From Nitrospirota bacterium (GTDB taxonomy: Bacteria > Nitrospirota > Thermodesulfovibrionia > Thermodesulfovibrionales > Dissulfurispiraceae): a stretch of DNA of 64,000 bases. The stretch spans positions 64,001-128,000 of the forward strand of contig CAVPZX010000008.1 in NCBI GenBank assembly GCA_963710375.1, given 5' to 3'. The position numbers and the translations under genes were made by a program. The notes below the pieces were generated by a model. That model saw only the letters and a list, made by a program, of their open reading frames with translations. It had not been told where the DNA came from and did not search any database. Of this stretch, positions 30,179-40,462 are shown piece by piece (the stretch's first letter is position 1; each line of letters starts with the position of its first letter).

Positions 30179-31285
30179 TTACTTTGGTCCTACAGTATTT
30201 AGCATCGCCAAAATCTTATTCGTGACATTGGCAGGCAGCCGTACATATCCAAGTTGGGGGGCATAGTTTTGGCCATCCAGCAAACACCACTGGAAGAGAT
30301 CACGGATGGACTTTGCTTTTTCAGGGTCCGGGTAGTTCTTGTAGAGCAGAATCCAGGTAAAGGTGACGATAGGGTAAGAATCCTGCCCGGATGGGTCAGG
30401 GACAAAGACTCGCAGGTTCTCGGGCATCTCTGCTGTAGCCAACGCGGCTGTGCAGCTCTGCTCTGTAGGCTTGATGAACTTCCCTTCTTTGTTCTCGAGG
30501 ACAGCCAGCTTCAGCCCCAGCTGCCGGGCGAACTCGTAGCTCACGTAGCCGATGGAGCCTATTGACTGGTTGATACGTCCAGCCACACCTTCATTGCCCT
30601 TTGCCCTCATAGCGTTGCCGGGCCAATTCACCAGAATGGAAGGTCCATGCTGAGCGCGCCATTTATCGCTGATAGCATCGAGATGTTTTGTAAACGCATA
30701 GGTCGTGCCGCTGCCGTCCTGACGCACTACGGTCGCGATGGATAACCTCGGGAGCTTTATTCCCGGGTTCGTCTTTGCAATGGCCGGGTCGTTCCAACTC
30801 TTGATCTCGCCCATGAATATGCCTGCATACGCCTTGCGAGATAGTTTTAGGTCCCCCTCCAGGCCGGGTAGGTTATAAGCGAGTGCGACACTGCCTGCCG
30901 TGACCGGCAATAACAGCACACCGTCAGGGACCTTGCCCATATCTTCGTCCTGCATCGCGGCATCGCTGGCTCCGAAATCGACCCGCTCTTCTTCTTTGAC
31001 GTTCTTCCCTATAAACCGCCGGATGCCCTCTCCGCTGCCGACGCTGTCGTATGTGATGATCGTCTTGGGGTGGTCCTTCTGATAGACATCAAACCAGCGT
31101 TTGTAGAGCAGTGAAGGGAAAGTAGCCCCGGCCCCGCGTAAAAGAATACCACCAGGCGGGACTTGTACCTTTTCCTCTTTGTTAACCTGCGAAGAACATC
31201 CTTGAGCACCCCCAAGGAGAACAACGACTGCCAGAAAGAACGCAGCGCCTCTCAAAGCCAAATGTAACGCTCTGTATACTCGCAT
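30179..31285 (-). CDS. pstS: Phosphate-binding protein PstS, second copy (probable lipoprotein)
   Basis: GAGATFP, SVGSGEG, DFGASDA, RQDGSGTT; LGGAQGC lipobox-like; start ATG 31285 after AGGAG. Confidence 0.9.
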   Translation of the reverse strand: MRVYRALHLALRGAAFFLAVVVLLGGAQGCSSQVNKEEKVQVPPGGILLRGAGATFPSLLYKRWFDVYQKDHPKTIITYDSVGSGEGIRRFIGKNVKEEERVDFGASDAAMQDEDMGKVPDGVLLLPVTAGSVALAYNLPGLEGDLKLSRKAYAGIFMGEIKSWNDPAIAKTNPGIKLPRLSIATVVRQDGSGTTYAFTKHLDAISDKWRAQHGPSILVNWPGNAMRAKGNEGVAGRINQSIGSIGYVSYEFARQLGLKLAVLENKEGKFIKPTEQSCTAALATAEMPENLRVFVPDPSGQDSYPIVTFTWILLYKNYPDPEKAKSIRDLFQWCLLDGQNYAPQLGYVRLPANVTNKILAMLNTVGPK

Positions 31286-31316
31286 AGTGTTTTCTCTCCT
31301 CTGCGGAATAGCGTCG

Positions 31317-32171
31317 TTAGCTGAACTGGCCACTGATATAGTCTTTGGTGTACTGTTCTCTGGGATTGCCAAATATCTGCCCCGACTCGCCGAACTCCAC
31401 CAGGTATCCGCATCTGCCGCCGTCCGAGGTGTCTACGTATAAAAAGGCGGTTTTGTCAGCGACACGCTGCGCCTGCTGCAGGTTATGGGTAACAATGGCG
31501 ATCGTGTAGCGGGTTTTCAGTTCGACCATGAGTTCTTCGATCTTGCGTGTTGCGATAGGGTCGAGCGCTGAACAGGGCTCATCCATCAGCAGCACTTCCG
31601 GTTCCGTGGCAATGGCCCTGGCAATACAAAGTCGCTGCTGTTGCCCCCCGGATAGCGAAAGGCCGCTCTTGTGCAGTTTGTCCTTGACCTCATCCCACAG
31701 CGCGGCGCGCTTCAAAGCATCTTCGACCTTATCAACGACCGGTCCTTTATAGCTGTTCAGCCTCAGGCCGAATGCGACGTTATTATAAATGCTCATTGCG
31801 AATGGGTTAGGCTGCTGAAATACCATGCCGATAAAGCGTCGCACCGCGGTTGCATCTACAGAAGGATGGTAGATATCTTTGCCGCGGAAATGTACGTGGC
31901 CCTTGAACCGAAAACCCCGCACAAGGTCGTTCATCCGGTTCAGGCAGCGCAAAACCGTGCTTTTCCCGCACCCTGACGGTCCGATGAATGCCGTGATCTT
32001 GTTCTTCTCCACCGGAATAGACGTGTCGCGTACAGCCTTGAATGTGCTGTAATAAAGCTCATCTATCTTGCAGTCGATGACAACACTATCACTCTTGGGC
32101 TTTTTGGCCGGCACTTCAGCAGTATCTATCTGGTCTTTCGAACATTCTTCTACGTTGGTTTTCTTTTTCAT
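31317..32171 (-). CDS. pstB: Phosphate ABC ATPase
   Basis: [32 protein letters not shown]. Confidence 0.95.
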   Translation of the reverse strand: MKKKTNVEECSKDQIDTAEVPAKKPKSDSVVIDCKIDELYYSTFKAVRDTSIPVEKNKITAFIGPSGCGKSTVLRCLNRMNDLVRGFRFKGHVHFRGKDIYHPSVDATAVRRFIGMVFQQPNPFAMSIYNNVAFGLRLNSYKGPVVDKVEDALKRAALWDEVKDKLHKSGLSLSGGQQQRLCIARAIATEPEVLLMDEPCSALDPIATRKIEELMVELKTRYTIAIVTHNLQQAQRVADKTAFLYVDTSDGGRCGYLVEFGESGQIFGNPREQYTKDYISGQFS

Positions 32172-32183
32172 GTCTCGACTCTC

Positions 32184-33146
32184 CTATTCCTGAATTTGAC
32201 GGCGTGAGAATGCCTGCCCGATAAGATTTGTTACCAACACCAGCAATACTAGAACCAGCGCCGCCACCCAAGCAAGGTCCACCTGGTTATCAAAGGGCAT
32301 GCCTGCGAAGTTATATATGAGCACTGCTAACGACGCAGTCGGTTGCTTAAGGTCAAATCCGCCACGGAATAGCCAGTAGTTGCTGAAAAGGGCTGTGAAG
32401 AGCAACGGCGCAGTTTCACCTGCTGCGCGGGCTATCGCCAGCATAATGCCGGTAAGAATACCGGGCATGGCTGTGGGAAGAAGGACCATCCAGGTGGTCT
32501 GCGTTGGAGTTGCCCCCATCCCTATTGCCGCGTCCCGCATCTTTGCCGGCACCATACGGATGGAGTCTTCAGCGGTCAGGATGATAGTCGGCAGCATCAG
32601 GATTGAAAGGGCAACACCCCCAGCGATCGCCGAGTAGCCGCCAAAAGTCAACACAAGTACGCCGTAGGCGAACACGCCGGCCAGGATAGAAGGAAACCCT
32701 GTAAGAATCTTGGCCCCGAATCTGACCGCGCTTGCGAGTGGGCTCTCCTGCCTCGCCTGGGACAGGTACACAGCGCTGAGAATACCGAGTGGGATGCTGA
32801 TCAATGCAGCGAGGGCAACCATGATCAGCGTGCCGAGAATTGCGTTGCCAAACCCTCCCCCTTCCTCCATGGGCGCGGGTGGCAATTGTGTGAAGACGTC
32901 AAGACTGAGCCTCTGGCCGCCGCGCCATATCAACATCAATACGACAGAGAACAGTGGTATCAGGGCCAACAATGTCATCACAGATACGAGGTTGCTCAAG
33001 AGAAGATCAATTAACGTGCGGGGACGTCGAAGGGACTTCTCCAGTTCGGAGAAGTCTACGTCAGCAAAAGGGTTGACTTCCGGCCCGCCTGAATCGGGAG
33101 GGCAGGGTGTGATATTAGCATTTAATGCGGTGTCCTGAGTGTTCAT
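32184..33146 (-). CDS. pstA: Phosphate ABC permease PstA
   Basis: GGFGNAILGT, PSILAG, ARAAGETAPL; start coupled to the pstC stop (TAATG). Confidence 0.93.
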   Translation of the reverse strand: MNTQDTALNANITPCPPDSGGPEVNPFADVDFSELEKSLRRPRTLIDLLLSNLVSVMTLLALIPLFSVVLMLIWRGGQRLSLDVFTQLPPAPMEEGGGFGNAILGTLIMVALAALISIPLGILSAVYLSQARQESPLASAVRFGAKILTGFPSILAGVFAYGVLVLTFGGYSAIAGGVALSILMLPTIILTAEDSIRMVPAKMRDAAIGMGATPTQTTWMVLLPTAMPGILTGIMLAIARAAGETAPLLFTALFSNYWLFRGGFDLKQPTASLAVLIYNFAGMPFDNQVDLAWVAALVLVLLVLVTNLIGQAFSRRQIQE

Positions 33147-34165
33147 TATTTTGCTTCTTCCTGTATGGCCGAGGCCCTTTGCAAAATGAGCGAGCCGATG
33201 ATGTTGACGCACAACGTGATCGCGAGGAGCACAAGTGCCGCATACATAAGCACGCCCACATCCTTCTTAGCAGCTTCAGGGAAGTTGTTGGCCAGGAGTG
33301 CCGCCAGAGTGTTTGCCGGGGAAAATAATGAAACGCTGATCCGGTTAGCGTTTCCGACGAGCATGGCAAGCGCCATCGTCTCTCCCAGAGCGCGTCCGAA
33401 AGCCAGGATCACAGCCCCGACAATACCACGGAAAGCTGTAGGAAGGATCACTGCAAGGATGGTCTCCCATCGTGTGGCGCCCATTCCATATGCGGCCATC
33501 CTGAGCTTTGGAGGCACTGCCACAAGGGCGCCACGGCTGATAGCCGTAATGGTCGGCAGAATCATGATAGCCAGTACAATGACAGCCGGAAGCACGCCTG
33601 GCCCGGTCAGCGTTGTGCCGAACAGGGGTATCCACCCTAGTTTCATATTGAGCCAGTTGCACGCGGGCCGGATAAGCGGTATTATCACAAACAAGCCCCA
33701 TAAACCGTACACGACGCTGGGGATAGCGGCCAGCAGTTCAATCAGGTTCTTCAGGAGATCTTCAAGGCGGTCAGGCAGCTTAGCCAGCATTGGATGTAAA
33801 TGAAGCCTCAAACTCTTCAAGATTATAAATACAGCCTGGGCGAGGAAACCTTCGCTGAGGAATATTGCCGCCGCCACCCCGAAGGCCGTACCGATGATCA
33901 GGGCAAGGAAAGACGTGTAGAGCGTCCCCCAGATTTCAGGGAGGATACCGAACTGTCCGGTGTTGGGGTCCCATGTTGTCCCCGCGAGGAAACCGAGGCC
34001 GTACTGCCGCATGGCCGGCACGGCATTTATAGCGATCTCCAGCACTATAAACGCCACCGTGAGGATCGACAGCCACGCAAATCCGTAACATAGCCCACGG
34101 AAAGCGCTATCGGTTAATTGCTGAGAACGTGTTGGTGGCCGTGATATCTGGCCCATGTCATTCAT
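33146..34165 (-). CDS. pstC: Phosphate ABC permease PstC
   Basis: ELLAAIPSVVYGLWG, GRALGETMA. Confidence 0.94.
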   Translation of the reverse strand: MNDMGQISRPPTRSQQLTDSAFRGLCYGFAWLSILTVAFIVLEIAINAVPAMRQYGLGFLAGTTWDPNTGQFGILPEIWGTLYTSFLALIIGTAFGVAAAIFLSEGFLAQAVFIILKSLRLHLHPMLAKLPDRLEDLLKNLIELLAAIPSVVYGLWGLFVIIPLIRPACNWLNMKLGWIPLFGTTLTGPGVLPAVIVLAIMILPTITAISRGALVAVPPKLRMAAYGMGATRWETILAVILPTAFRGIVGAVILAFGRALGETMALAMLVGNANRISVSLFSPANTLAALLANNFPEAAKKDVGVLMYAALVLLAITLCVNIIGSLILQRASAIQEEAK

Positions 34166-34200
34166 AATTGCACTTTCGCCTTATGCCCCGCGCCCGGTTA

Positions 34201-35223
34201 CTACTTAATATTCTGAGTCGCAGCGATCACCTTATCGCTTACAATCTTCGGCAGCGGTATGTAACCGAGGGGTTCAGCAAACTTCTGGCCATCGGTCACC
34301 ACATATTTCAAGAGGTCCTTAAGTATCGCAGCTTTCTTTTTGTCGGGGTAATTCTTATAAAAAAGCAGCCAGGTGTAAGTGACGATAGGATACGCGTCCT
34401 TGCCATTAGGGTCAGAGGCCCAAACAATCATGTCGTTTGGTATCTTCGCAGAAGCAAGGGCGGCCTGGCCGGATGCAGAAGTCGCAGCGACGTAGTTGCC
34501 CGACTTATTCTCGAGGATCGCCATGGGGAGTTTCTGGCTCTTGGCATAACCGTATTCAATGTAACCGATGGACCCTGGCGTCGTCTTAATACTGGCAGTG
34601 ACACCCTCATTACCCTTGGAACGGGTTCCTGTCGGCCAGTTCGGCATTTTATTGGTGCCGGGGCTTTTGGCGAAGTCCGGACTGATGGTGCTCAGATGTT
34701 TCGAAAAGACAAAAGTTGTGCCGCTGCTGTCGGCCCGCACTACCACATTGATCGGTATGTTGGGAAGTTTGACCCCGGGATTGGTATTGGCGATCAGAGG
34801 GTCGTTCCACCTCTTGACCTTGCCCAAAAAAATGCCGGCGTAGGCTTTGCGGGACAGCTTCAACGCGGTCACGCCCTGTATATTGTAAGACAGCACTATG
34901 CTGCCTGCTGTCACAGGGAGGCATTGCACGCCTGCTGCGACCTGGGACATCTCGCCCTGATTCATGGCTGCGTCGCTGGCTCCGAAATCGACGGTTCTGT
35001 CGATCAAGCTCTTAATACCGCTGCCGCTGCCAACCGATTGGTAGTCGACCTGCACATTATTGTGTGATCCCGTGTAGGTCTTGAACCACTTGAAATAGAG
35101 AGGAGCGGGAAAGCTGGCCCCTGCCCCCTGCAACTTTACGAGGTCGGATGCTTCTCCCAATACGGTGAAACCAAGTACAAGCGCCACAAGCAAAACAATC
35201 GAACTCCAACGAGTAACCTTCAT
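34201..35223 (-). CDS. pstS: Phosphate-binding protein PstS
   Basis: GAGASFP, YQSVGSGSG, DFGASDA, RADSSGTT. Confidence 0.95.
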   Translation of the reverse strand: MKVTRWSSIVLLVALVLGFTVLGEASDLVKLQGAGASFPAPLYFKWFKTYTGSHNNVQVDYQSVGSGSGIKSLIDRTVDFGASDAAMNQGEMSQVAAGVQCLPVTAGSIVLSYNIQGVTALKLSRKAYAGIFLGKVKRWNDPLIANTNPGVKLPNIPINVVVRADSSGTTFVFSKHLSTISPDFAKSPGTNKMPNWPTGTRSKGNEGVTASIKTTPGSIGYIEYGYAKSQKLPMAILENKSGNYVAATSASGQAALASAKIPNDMIVWASDPNGKDAYPIVTYTWLLFYKNYPDKKKAAILKDLLKYVVTDGQKFAEPLGYIPLPKIVSDKVIAATQNIK

Positions 35224-35337
35224 GTCAATTCTCCTTTTATAAAGTCATGATAGTGTGACTGGATAGATTTCCCCAGCAGTATCTGCTTCGGCAGCCATTA
35301 AAGTCGAGAAACTTTACAGGAAACTAAGATAGCACAC

Positions 35338-35381
35338 GCATTGTTACACCATTATTACGCTTATGTGACATCTTTGTGTCG
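35338..35381 (-). promoter_or_regulatory. Pho-box-like 11-bp repeats upstream of pstS
   Basis: Minus strand CGACACAAAGA TGTCACATAAG CGTAATAATGG TGTAACAATGC. Confidence 0.65.
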
Positions 35382-35479
35382 TATGCTGCCATCGAAATTT
35401 TCTTAAAAAAATCCGGCCTACACACTCTGTTTTCCGATTTGATGATTTATTATTTTTCCAGCAAGTTGCAGGATCAAAG

Positions 35480-35520
35480 GTAACTAAAAATTAACACACC
35501 TGTAAAATTCAATTCATAAT
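35480..35520 (+). promoter_or_regulatory. Degenerate Pho-like 11-bp repeats upstream of glgP
   Basis: GTAACTAAAAA TTAACACACCT GTAAAATTCAA TTCATAAT, followed by a -10-like TATGAT/GATAAT. Confidence 0.35.
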
Positions 35521-35665
35521 GGAGTGCTATGATAATAAGCTGTAATGTTTAATTAAGACTTGGTATTTAGAAGATATTCCGGGACGTTACCGCATGGAAG
35601 TAAGATAGCTACTACGATGCAGGCTAACAGATGCAAGGCAAAATAACGCCGAAAAGGAGAAAGAA

Positions 35666-38158
35666 ATGAATCATAGCGGAGACGAGGCATATACCAAAAC
35701 TGACGGAAACCTGGGCATGAATATATCGCCCGATGAGTTGGGCCGGGAATTTGAGCGTCATCTTCGTTATACTCTCGCCAAAGACCACTACACCGCAACG
35801 GATCGGGACCGATACTATGCATTGGCATTGTCTGTGCGAGACCGGCTGATTGACCGGTGGATGTGCACACAACAGGCTCATCATAAAAACGCCGTGAAGC
35901 GGGTTTATTATCTGTCCATGGAGTTCCTTATAGGCCGACTGCTGGGGAACAATGTGATCAATCTTCAGATCGAAGAGACATGCAGAGAATCATTGCGGCA
36001 GTTCGGCGTTAACTGGGTCGCCCTCCGGAATTATGAGGTCGATGCCGGCCTGGGCAACGGGGGACTGGGTCGTCTGGCTGCCTGTTTTATGGACTCTCTT
36101 TCGACTCTTCAGATACCCGCAATAGGCTACGGCCTCCGGTACGATTATGGCATTTTTCACCAGCGCATCGAGAATGGTTATCAGGTGGAGGACGCCGACC
36201 CTTGGCTAAAGCACGGCTACCCCTGGGAGATTGCCCATCCGGAGTTCTCCTTCGAGGTCCACTTTGGCGGCCGTGTTGAGACCCGGCCGGGACCTGATGG
36301 ACCCGAATGGAAATGGGTAGACAGCAGGCCGGTCATTGGTATGCCGTATGACCTGCCGGTCGTGGGGTACGGTGGACAGACCGTCAATACCCTCCGTCTA
36401 TGGTCATGCAGGGCAGCCGAGGACTTCGACTTTGAGGATTTCAACCGGGGGTCATACGTCGAAGCTGTGGCGAGCAAAGTGCAGGCGGAGAATCTGACCA
36501 AGGTGCTTTATCCCAATGACAACATATTTGAGGGCAAAGAATTGCGTCTTAGACAGCAGTATTTCCTTGTTTCCTGCTCACTGCAAGACATAATCCGTCG
36601 GTTCAAAGCAGACGGCTCAGACCTGGAGGCATTGCCGGACCGGGTGTTCCTGCAGCTCAATGACACCCATCCCTCACTGGCTATCCCTGAACTCATGAGA
36701 ATCCTGATAGATGAGATGAGGTTGGAGTGGAATAAGGCGTGGGATATTACAACTGCGTGCATCGGGTACACCAACCATACGATATTGCCAGAGGCGTTGG
36801 AGGTTTGGCCGATAGAGATGTTCAATAGACTTCTTCCCCGCCACCTGCAGATCATTTACGAAATCAACGGCAGGTTCATGCGATCTGTGGCTACCCGCTA
36901 TCCACTTGACATCGATCGCCTGAGACGAATGACTATTATCAGTGACGAAAATGGCAAACAGGTCCATATGGCCAACCTGGCTGTTGTTGGTTCCTGCTCG
37001 GTCAATGGCGTCTCGGAGATTCACACACGGCTCCTTAAGGAAAGGGTGCTGCGCGACTTTGCGGAGTTCTGGCCTCAGAAATTTAACAACAAGACTAATG
37101 GAATTACGCCTCGGCGTTGGCTGTTAAAAGCAAACCCAAGACTGGCCGGTCTTATCACAGAAACGATCGGCGACAGATGGATCGTGGACTTAGATCAGCT
37201 ACGGAGACTAGAACAGTATGCCACTGATGAAGGGTTCCAGGCGAGTTTCAGAGAGGTAAAGCAGCAGAACAAGGCCGCTTTGGCGGGCTACATCCGGGCC
37301 CGGCTGGGTATCAATATTTCACCTGACTCCATGTTTGACGTCCAGGTGAAGAGGTTCCACGAGTACAAGAGGCAGCTTCTGTTTGCTCTTTATATAATTG
37401 TGCGATACAACCAGATACGAGATAACCCCGCGCTGAGTTTCGTCCCCCGCACCTTTATTATCGGGGGGAAGGCTGCGCCCGGTTTCTTCATGGCAAAGTT
37501 GATAATCAAGCTCATCCACCAGGTTGCGGATGTGGTCAACAACGATCCATTGGTACAGGATTTATTAAAGGTAGTTTTCGTACCCAACTACCGGGTTTCG
37601 CTTGCTGAGCTGATTATTCCTGCCGCTGACCTCAGTGAACAAATATCACTAGCCGGCACAGAGGCCTCCGGCACCGGGAACATGAAGTTCCAGCTTAACG
37701 GGGCACTGACCATCGGAACACTCGATGGCGCCAACGTCGAGATGAAGGAAGAGGTCGGTCATGACAACATTTTTATATTCGGCATGACTGCGGATGAAGT
37801 CGAACAGCGTCGCCCATCATACAGCGCGTTTGACGTATACAACAGTGACGAGGAAATACGTAGGGCGATGCAACTAATCGAAGAGGATTTCTTTAGTCTG
37901 TTTGAGCCCGGCATCTTCCGTCCTATCGTTCAAGCCCTGTTGTACGAAGGCGACCGTTATATGCTTCTGGCCGACATGCGTGAGTACATAGAAGCCCAGG
38001 CCCGCGTTGATGCATCATACAAGGAGCCTGCGCAGTGGTATGAGAAGGCAATCCTGAACGTGGCCCGTTCCGGAAAGTTCTCGTCTGACCGCACTATTGG
38101 CGAATATGTTTCTGACATCTGGCATGTGGAACCTTGCGAACGATGTTCGCCTCAGTAG
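35666..38158 (+). CDS. glgP: Glycogen/starch phosphorylase
   Basis: GNGGLGRLAACF, QLNDTHP, EASGTGNMKF (PLP Lys), FSSDRTI. Confidence 0.97.
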   Translation: MNHSGDEAYTKTDGNLGMNISPDELGREFERHLRYTLAKDHYTATDRDRYYALALSVRDRLIDRWMCTQQAHHKNAVKRVYYLSMEFLIGRLLGNNVINLQIEETCRESLRQFGVNWVALRNYEVDAGLGNGGLGRLAACFMDSLSTLQIPAIGYGLRYDYGIFHQRIENGYQVEDADPWLKHGYPWEIAHPEFSFEVHFGGRVETRPGPDGPEWKWVDSRPVIGMPYDLPVVGYGGQTVNTLRLWSCRAAEDFDFEDFNRGSYVEAVASKVQAENLTKVLYPNDNIFEGKELRLRQQYFLVSCSLQDIIRRFKADGSDLEALPDRVFLQLNDTHPSLAIPELMRILIDEMRLEWNKAWDITTACIGYTNHTILPEALEVWPIEMFNRLLPRHLQIIYEINGRFMRSVATRYPLDIDRLRRMTIISDENGKQVHMANLAVVGSCSVNGVSEIHTRLLKERVLRDFAEFWPQKFNNKTNGITPRRWLLKANPRLAGLITETIGDRWIVDLDQLRRLEQYATDEGFQASFREVKQQNKAALAGYIRARLGINISPDSMFDVQVKRFHEYKRQLLFALYIIVRYNQIRDNPALSFVPRTFIIGGKAAPGFFMAKLIIKLIHQVADVVNNDPLVQDLLKVVFVPNYRVSLAELIIPAADLSEQISLAGTEASGTGNMKFQLNGALTIGTLDGANVEMKEEVGHDNIFIFGMTADEVEQRRPSYSAFDVYNSDEEIRRAMQLIEEDFFSLFEPGIFRPIVQALLYEGDRYMLLADMREYIEAQARVDASYKEPAQWYEKAILNVARSGKFSSDRTIGEYVSDIWHVEPCERCSPQ

Positions 38159-38264
38159 ATAGAGGGCTATAGAAATCGTTCGCCGAATCGTGATGTGACC
38201 CAAGCTACCACATGTCACAGGTTATTTGTGCGCAGAACCTGAATACTGATATACTATCAGCAGT

Positions 38265-39029
38265 ATGAATATAGCCCTTACCATAGCTGGGTCCGATCCG
38301 TCCGGTGGGGCAGGGATACAGGCTGATCTCAAGGTTTTTCACCGCTTTGCAGTATACGGTCTATCTGCACTGTCCGCTGCCACCGCTCAAAATACTTTAA
38401 AGGTCAGCGCAATTGAAAGAATAGAAGGCACTTTTTTATTCGAACAATTGACCACGCTGCTGACTGATATGCGGCCCGATGCGCTTAAAACAGGCATGCT
38501 CCTTTCGGCTGATGCCGTAAGGTATGTGGCTAAAGCAGTGACGTCATACAGCCTGCAGAATCTCGTGGTAGACCCGGTCATAATATCATCCTCAGGTGCG
38601 AGTTTGCTCGAAAAAAAAGCTGCCGAAGTTATGAGAGAAGAGTTGTTCCCACTGGCAAAGGCAATAACACCAAACATTGCTGAAGCTTCAACACTCACAG
38701 GCATCAAGGTGTCGGATGAAGGGACCATGGAGGAAGCTGCAATTGCACTAAAACGGTTTGGGCCGGAATTTGTCATCATCACGGGCGGCCATCTTGCGGA
38801 TGAGACGGTTGAAATCATCTATGATGGAAAGACCGTCCACAGGCTGCGAGGCAGAAAAATTGCGGGCGAATTTCACGGAACAGGGTGTGCGTTCTCAGCA
38901 GCCATTACTGCACTGCTGGCGAAAGGTACTTCGGTAATCGATGCCGTCAAAGAGGCCAAGTCATTCGTTGCCAGCGCAATAGAAAGCTCGCTTGCACTCG
39001 GTAAAGGAATGAGGTTGCTTAACATTTAA
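38265..39029 (+). CDS. thiD: HMP/HMP-P kinase
   Basis: TIAGSDPSGGAGIQADLK, TPN..EA, HGTGC. Confidence 0.95.
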   Translation: MNIALTIAGSDPSGGAGIQADLKVFHRFAVYGLSALSAATAQNTLKVSAIERIEGTFLFEQLTTLLTDMRPDALKTGMLLSADAVRYVAKAVTSYSLQNLVVDPVIISSSGASLLEKKAAEVMREELFPLAKAITPNIAEASTLTGIKVSDEGTMEEAAIALKRFGPEFVIITGGHLADETVEIIYDGKTVHRLRGRKIAGEFHGTGCAFSAAITALLAKGTSVIDAVKEAKSFVASAIESSLALGKGMRLLNI

Positions 39030-39040
39030 AAAAATTGACT

Positions 39041-40462
39041 ATGGCAAAAATAAAAACTATATTTCAGTGTCAGTCCTGCGGCTATGCAAGCCCTAAATGG
39101 CTCGGCAAGTGCCCTGATTGCGGAGCGTGGAACAGTTTCTCCGAGGAGCGGCAGAGCCCCAAGGCATTAAAATCCCCGGGCACCTTTGGCGGAGTTAGCG
39201 AAGCCCAGCCTTTGACCGCGATCACCGGGGGAAAAGAACGGAGAAATTGCATCGGCATAAAGGAGTTGGACCGTGTGCTGGGCGGGGGGCTGGTTGACGG
39301 CGCCGTTGTCCTCATAGGCGGCGATCCCGGCATCGGCAAATCCACACTTATCCTCCAGGCCCTGGCAAAAATAGCGGATAAAAAATGCCACCATGAAAAT
39401 ACAACGCTCAATCCTCAACGTGCCTCCGCGCAACCTACTTCCGGCTCAACGGTTCTTTATGTATCGGGTGAAGAATCTCCGGAACAAATCAAATTAAGGG
39501 CTGAAAGGCTTTCGATCAATGCCGAAACGATCATGCTGCTTCCCGAGACGCTGGTTGAAAACATTATCATTACTGCCGGTAAACTCAATCCTGCCGTTAT
39601 GGTGATCGATTCCATACAGACTATTTTTACCGAGGACCTCACTTCGGCACCGGGATCTGTAGGCCAAATAAGGGAATCAGCTGCCAAACTGATGCTCTTT
39701 GCAAAAAAATCCGGGATACCGGTTTTCCTGATAGGGCATGTGACGAAAGAAGGCGCCATTGCAGGCCCCCGGGTACTCGAACACCTGGTCGATACAGTGC
39801 TCTATTTCGAGGGAGACAGGGGACATCCTTACAGAATCCTCCGTACAGTAAAAAACAGGTTCGGCTCAACCAATGAGATAGGCGTCTTTGAAATGACAGA
39901 CAGCGGTCTGTCAGAAATCAATAATCCTTCTGAACTTTTCCTGTCCGAAAGGCCGATCAATGTTTCGGGTTCGACAGTAATCGCCAGCATGGAAGGTACA
40001 AGGCCGCTGCTCGTTGAAATACAGGCACTGGTGGCTCCCACGACGTTCGGCATGCCGAGGAGGACGAGTATGGGTGTTGATTATAACCGTGTAAATCTCC
40101 TTGTAGCAGTGCTCGAAAAAAAAGCTGGCATGCACTTGGGAGGAATGGATATATTTATAAATATAGTGGGGGGACTGAAAATAATCGAGCCCGCCTCCGA
40201 TCTTGGAATTATCGCGGCAATTGCATCCTCCTTCAGAGAGATACCGATAGATTCAAATACCTTCCTTTTCGGAGAAGTCGGGCTTTCAGGCGAGGTGCGG
40301 GCAGTCGCACAAGGAGAAACGAGGCTCAAAGAGGCATCGAAAATAGGCTTTAAAAAAGCGATAATACCGAAAGGCAACATGGAGCGCCTGAAGGACGATT
40401 TGGGGCTTACAATTATGGGGGTTAAGAACGTTGAAGAAGCAATGGAACACATCAAAGCATAG
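39041..40462 (+). CDS. radA: DNA repair protein RadA/Sms
   Basis: CQSCG..CPDC, GDPGIGKST, KNRFG. Confidence 0.97.
   Translation: MAKIKTIFQCQSCGYASPKWLGKCPDCGAWNSFSEERQSPKALKSPGTFGGVSEAQPLTAITGGKERRNCIGIKELDRVLGGGLVDGAVVLIGGDPGIGKSTLILQALAKIADKKCHHENTTLNPQRASAQPTSGSTVLYVSGEESPEQIKLRAERLSINAETIMLLPETLVENIIITAGKLNPAVMVIDSIQTIFTEDLTSAPGSVGQIRESAAKLMLFAKKSGIPVFLIGHVTKEGAIAGPRVLEHLVDTVLYFEGDRGHPYRILRTVKNRFGSTNEIGVFEMTDSGLSEINNPSELFLSERPINVSGSTVIASMEGTRPLLVEIQALVAPTTFGMPRRTSMGVDYNRVNLLVAVLEKKAGMHLGGMDIFINIVGGLKIIEPASDLGIIAAIASSFREIPIDSNTFLFGEVGLSGEVRAVAQGETRLKEASKIGFKKAIIPKGNMERLKDDLGLTIMGVKNVEEAMEHIKA

Noticed and set aside
34168..35067. 299-aa plus-strand ORF
   Set aside because: Antisense shadow of pstS with no motifs of its own.
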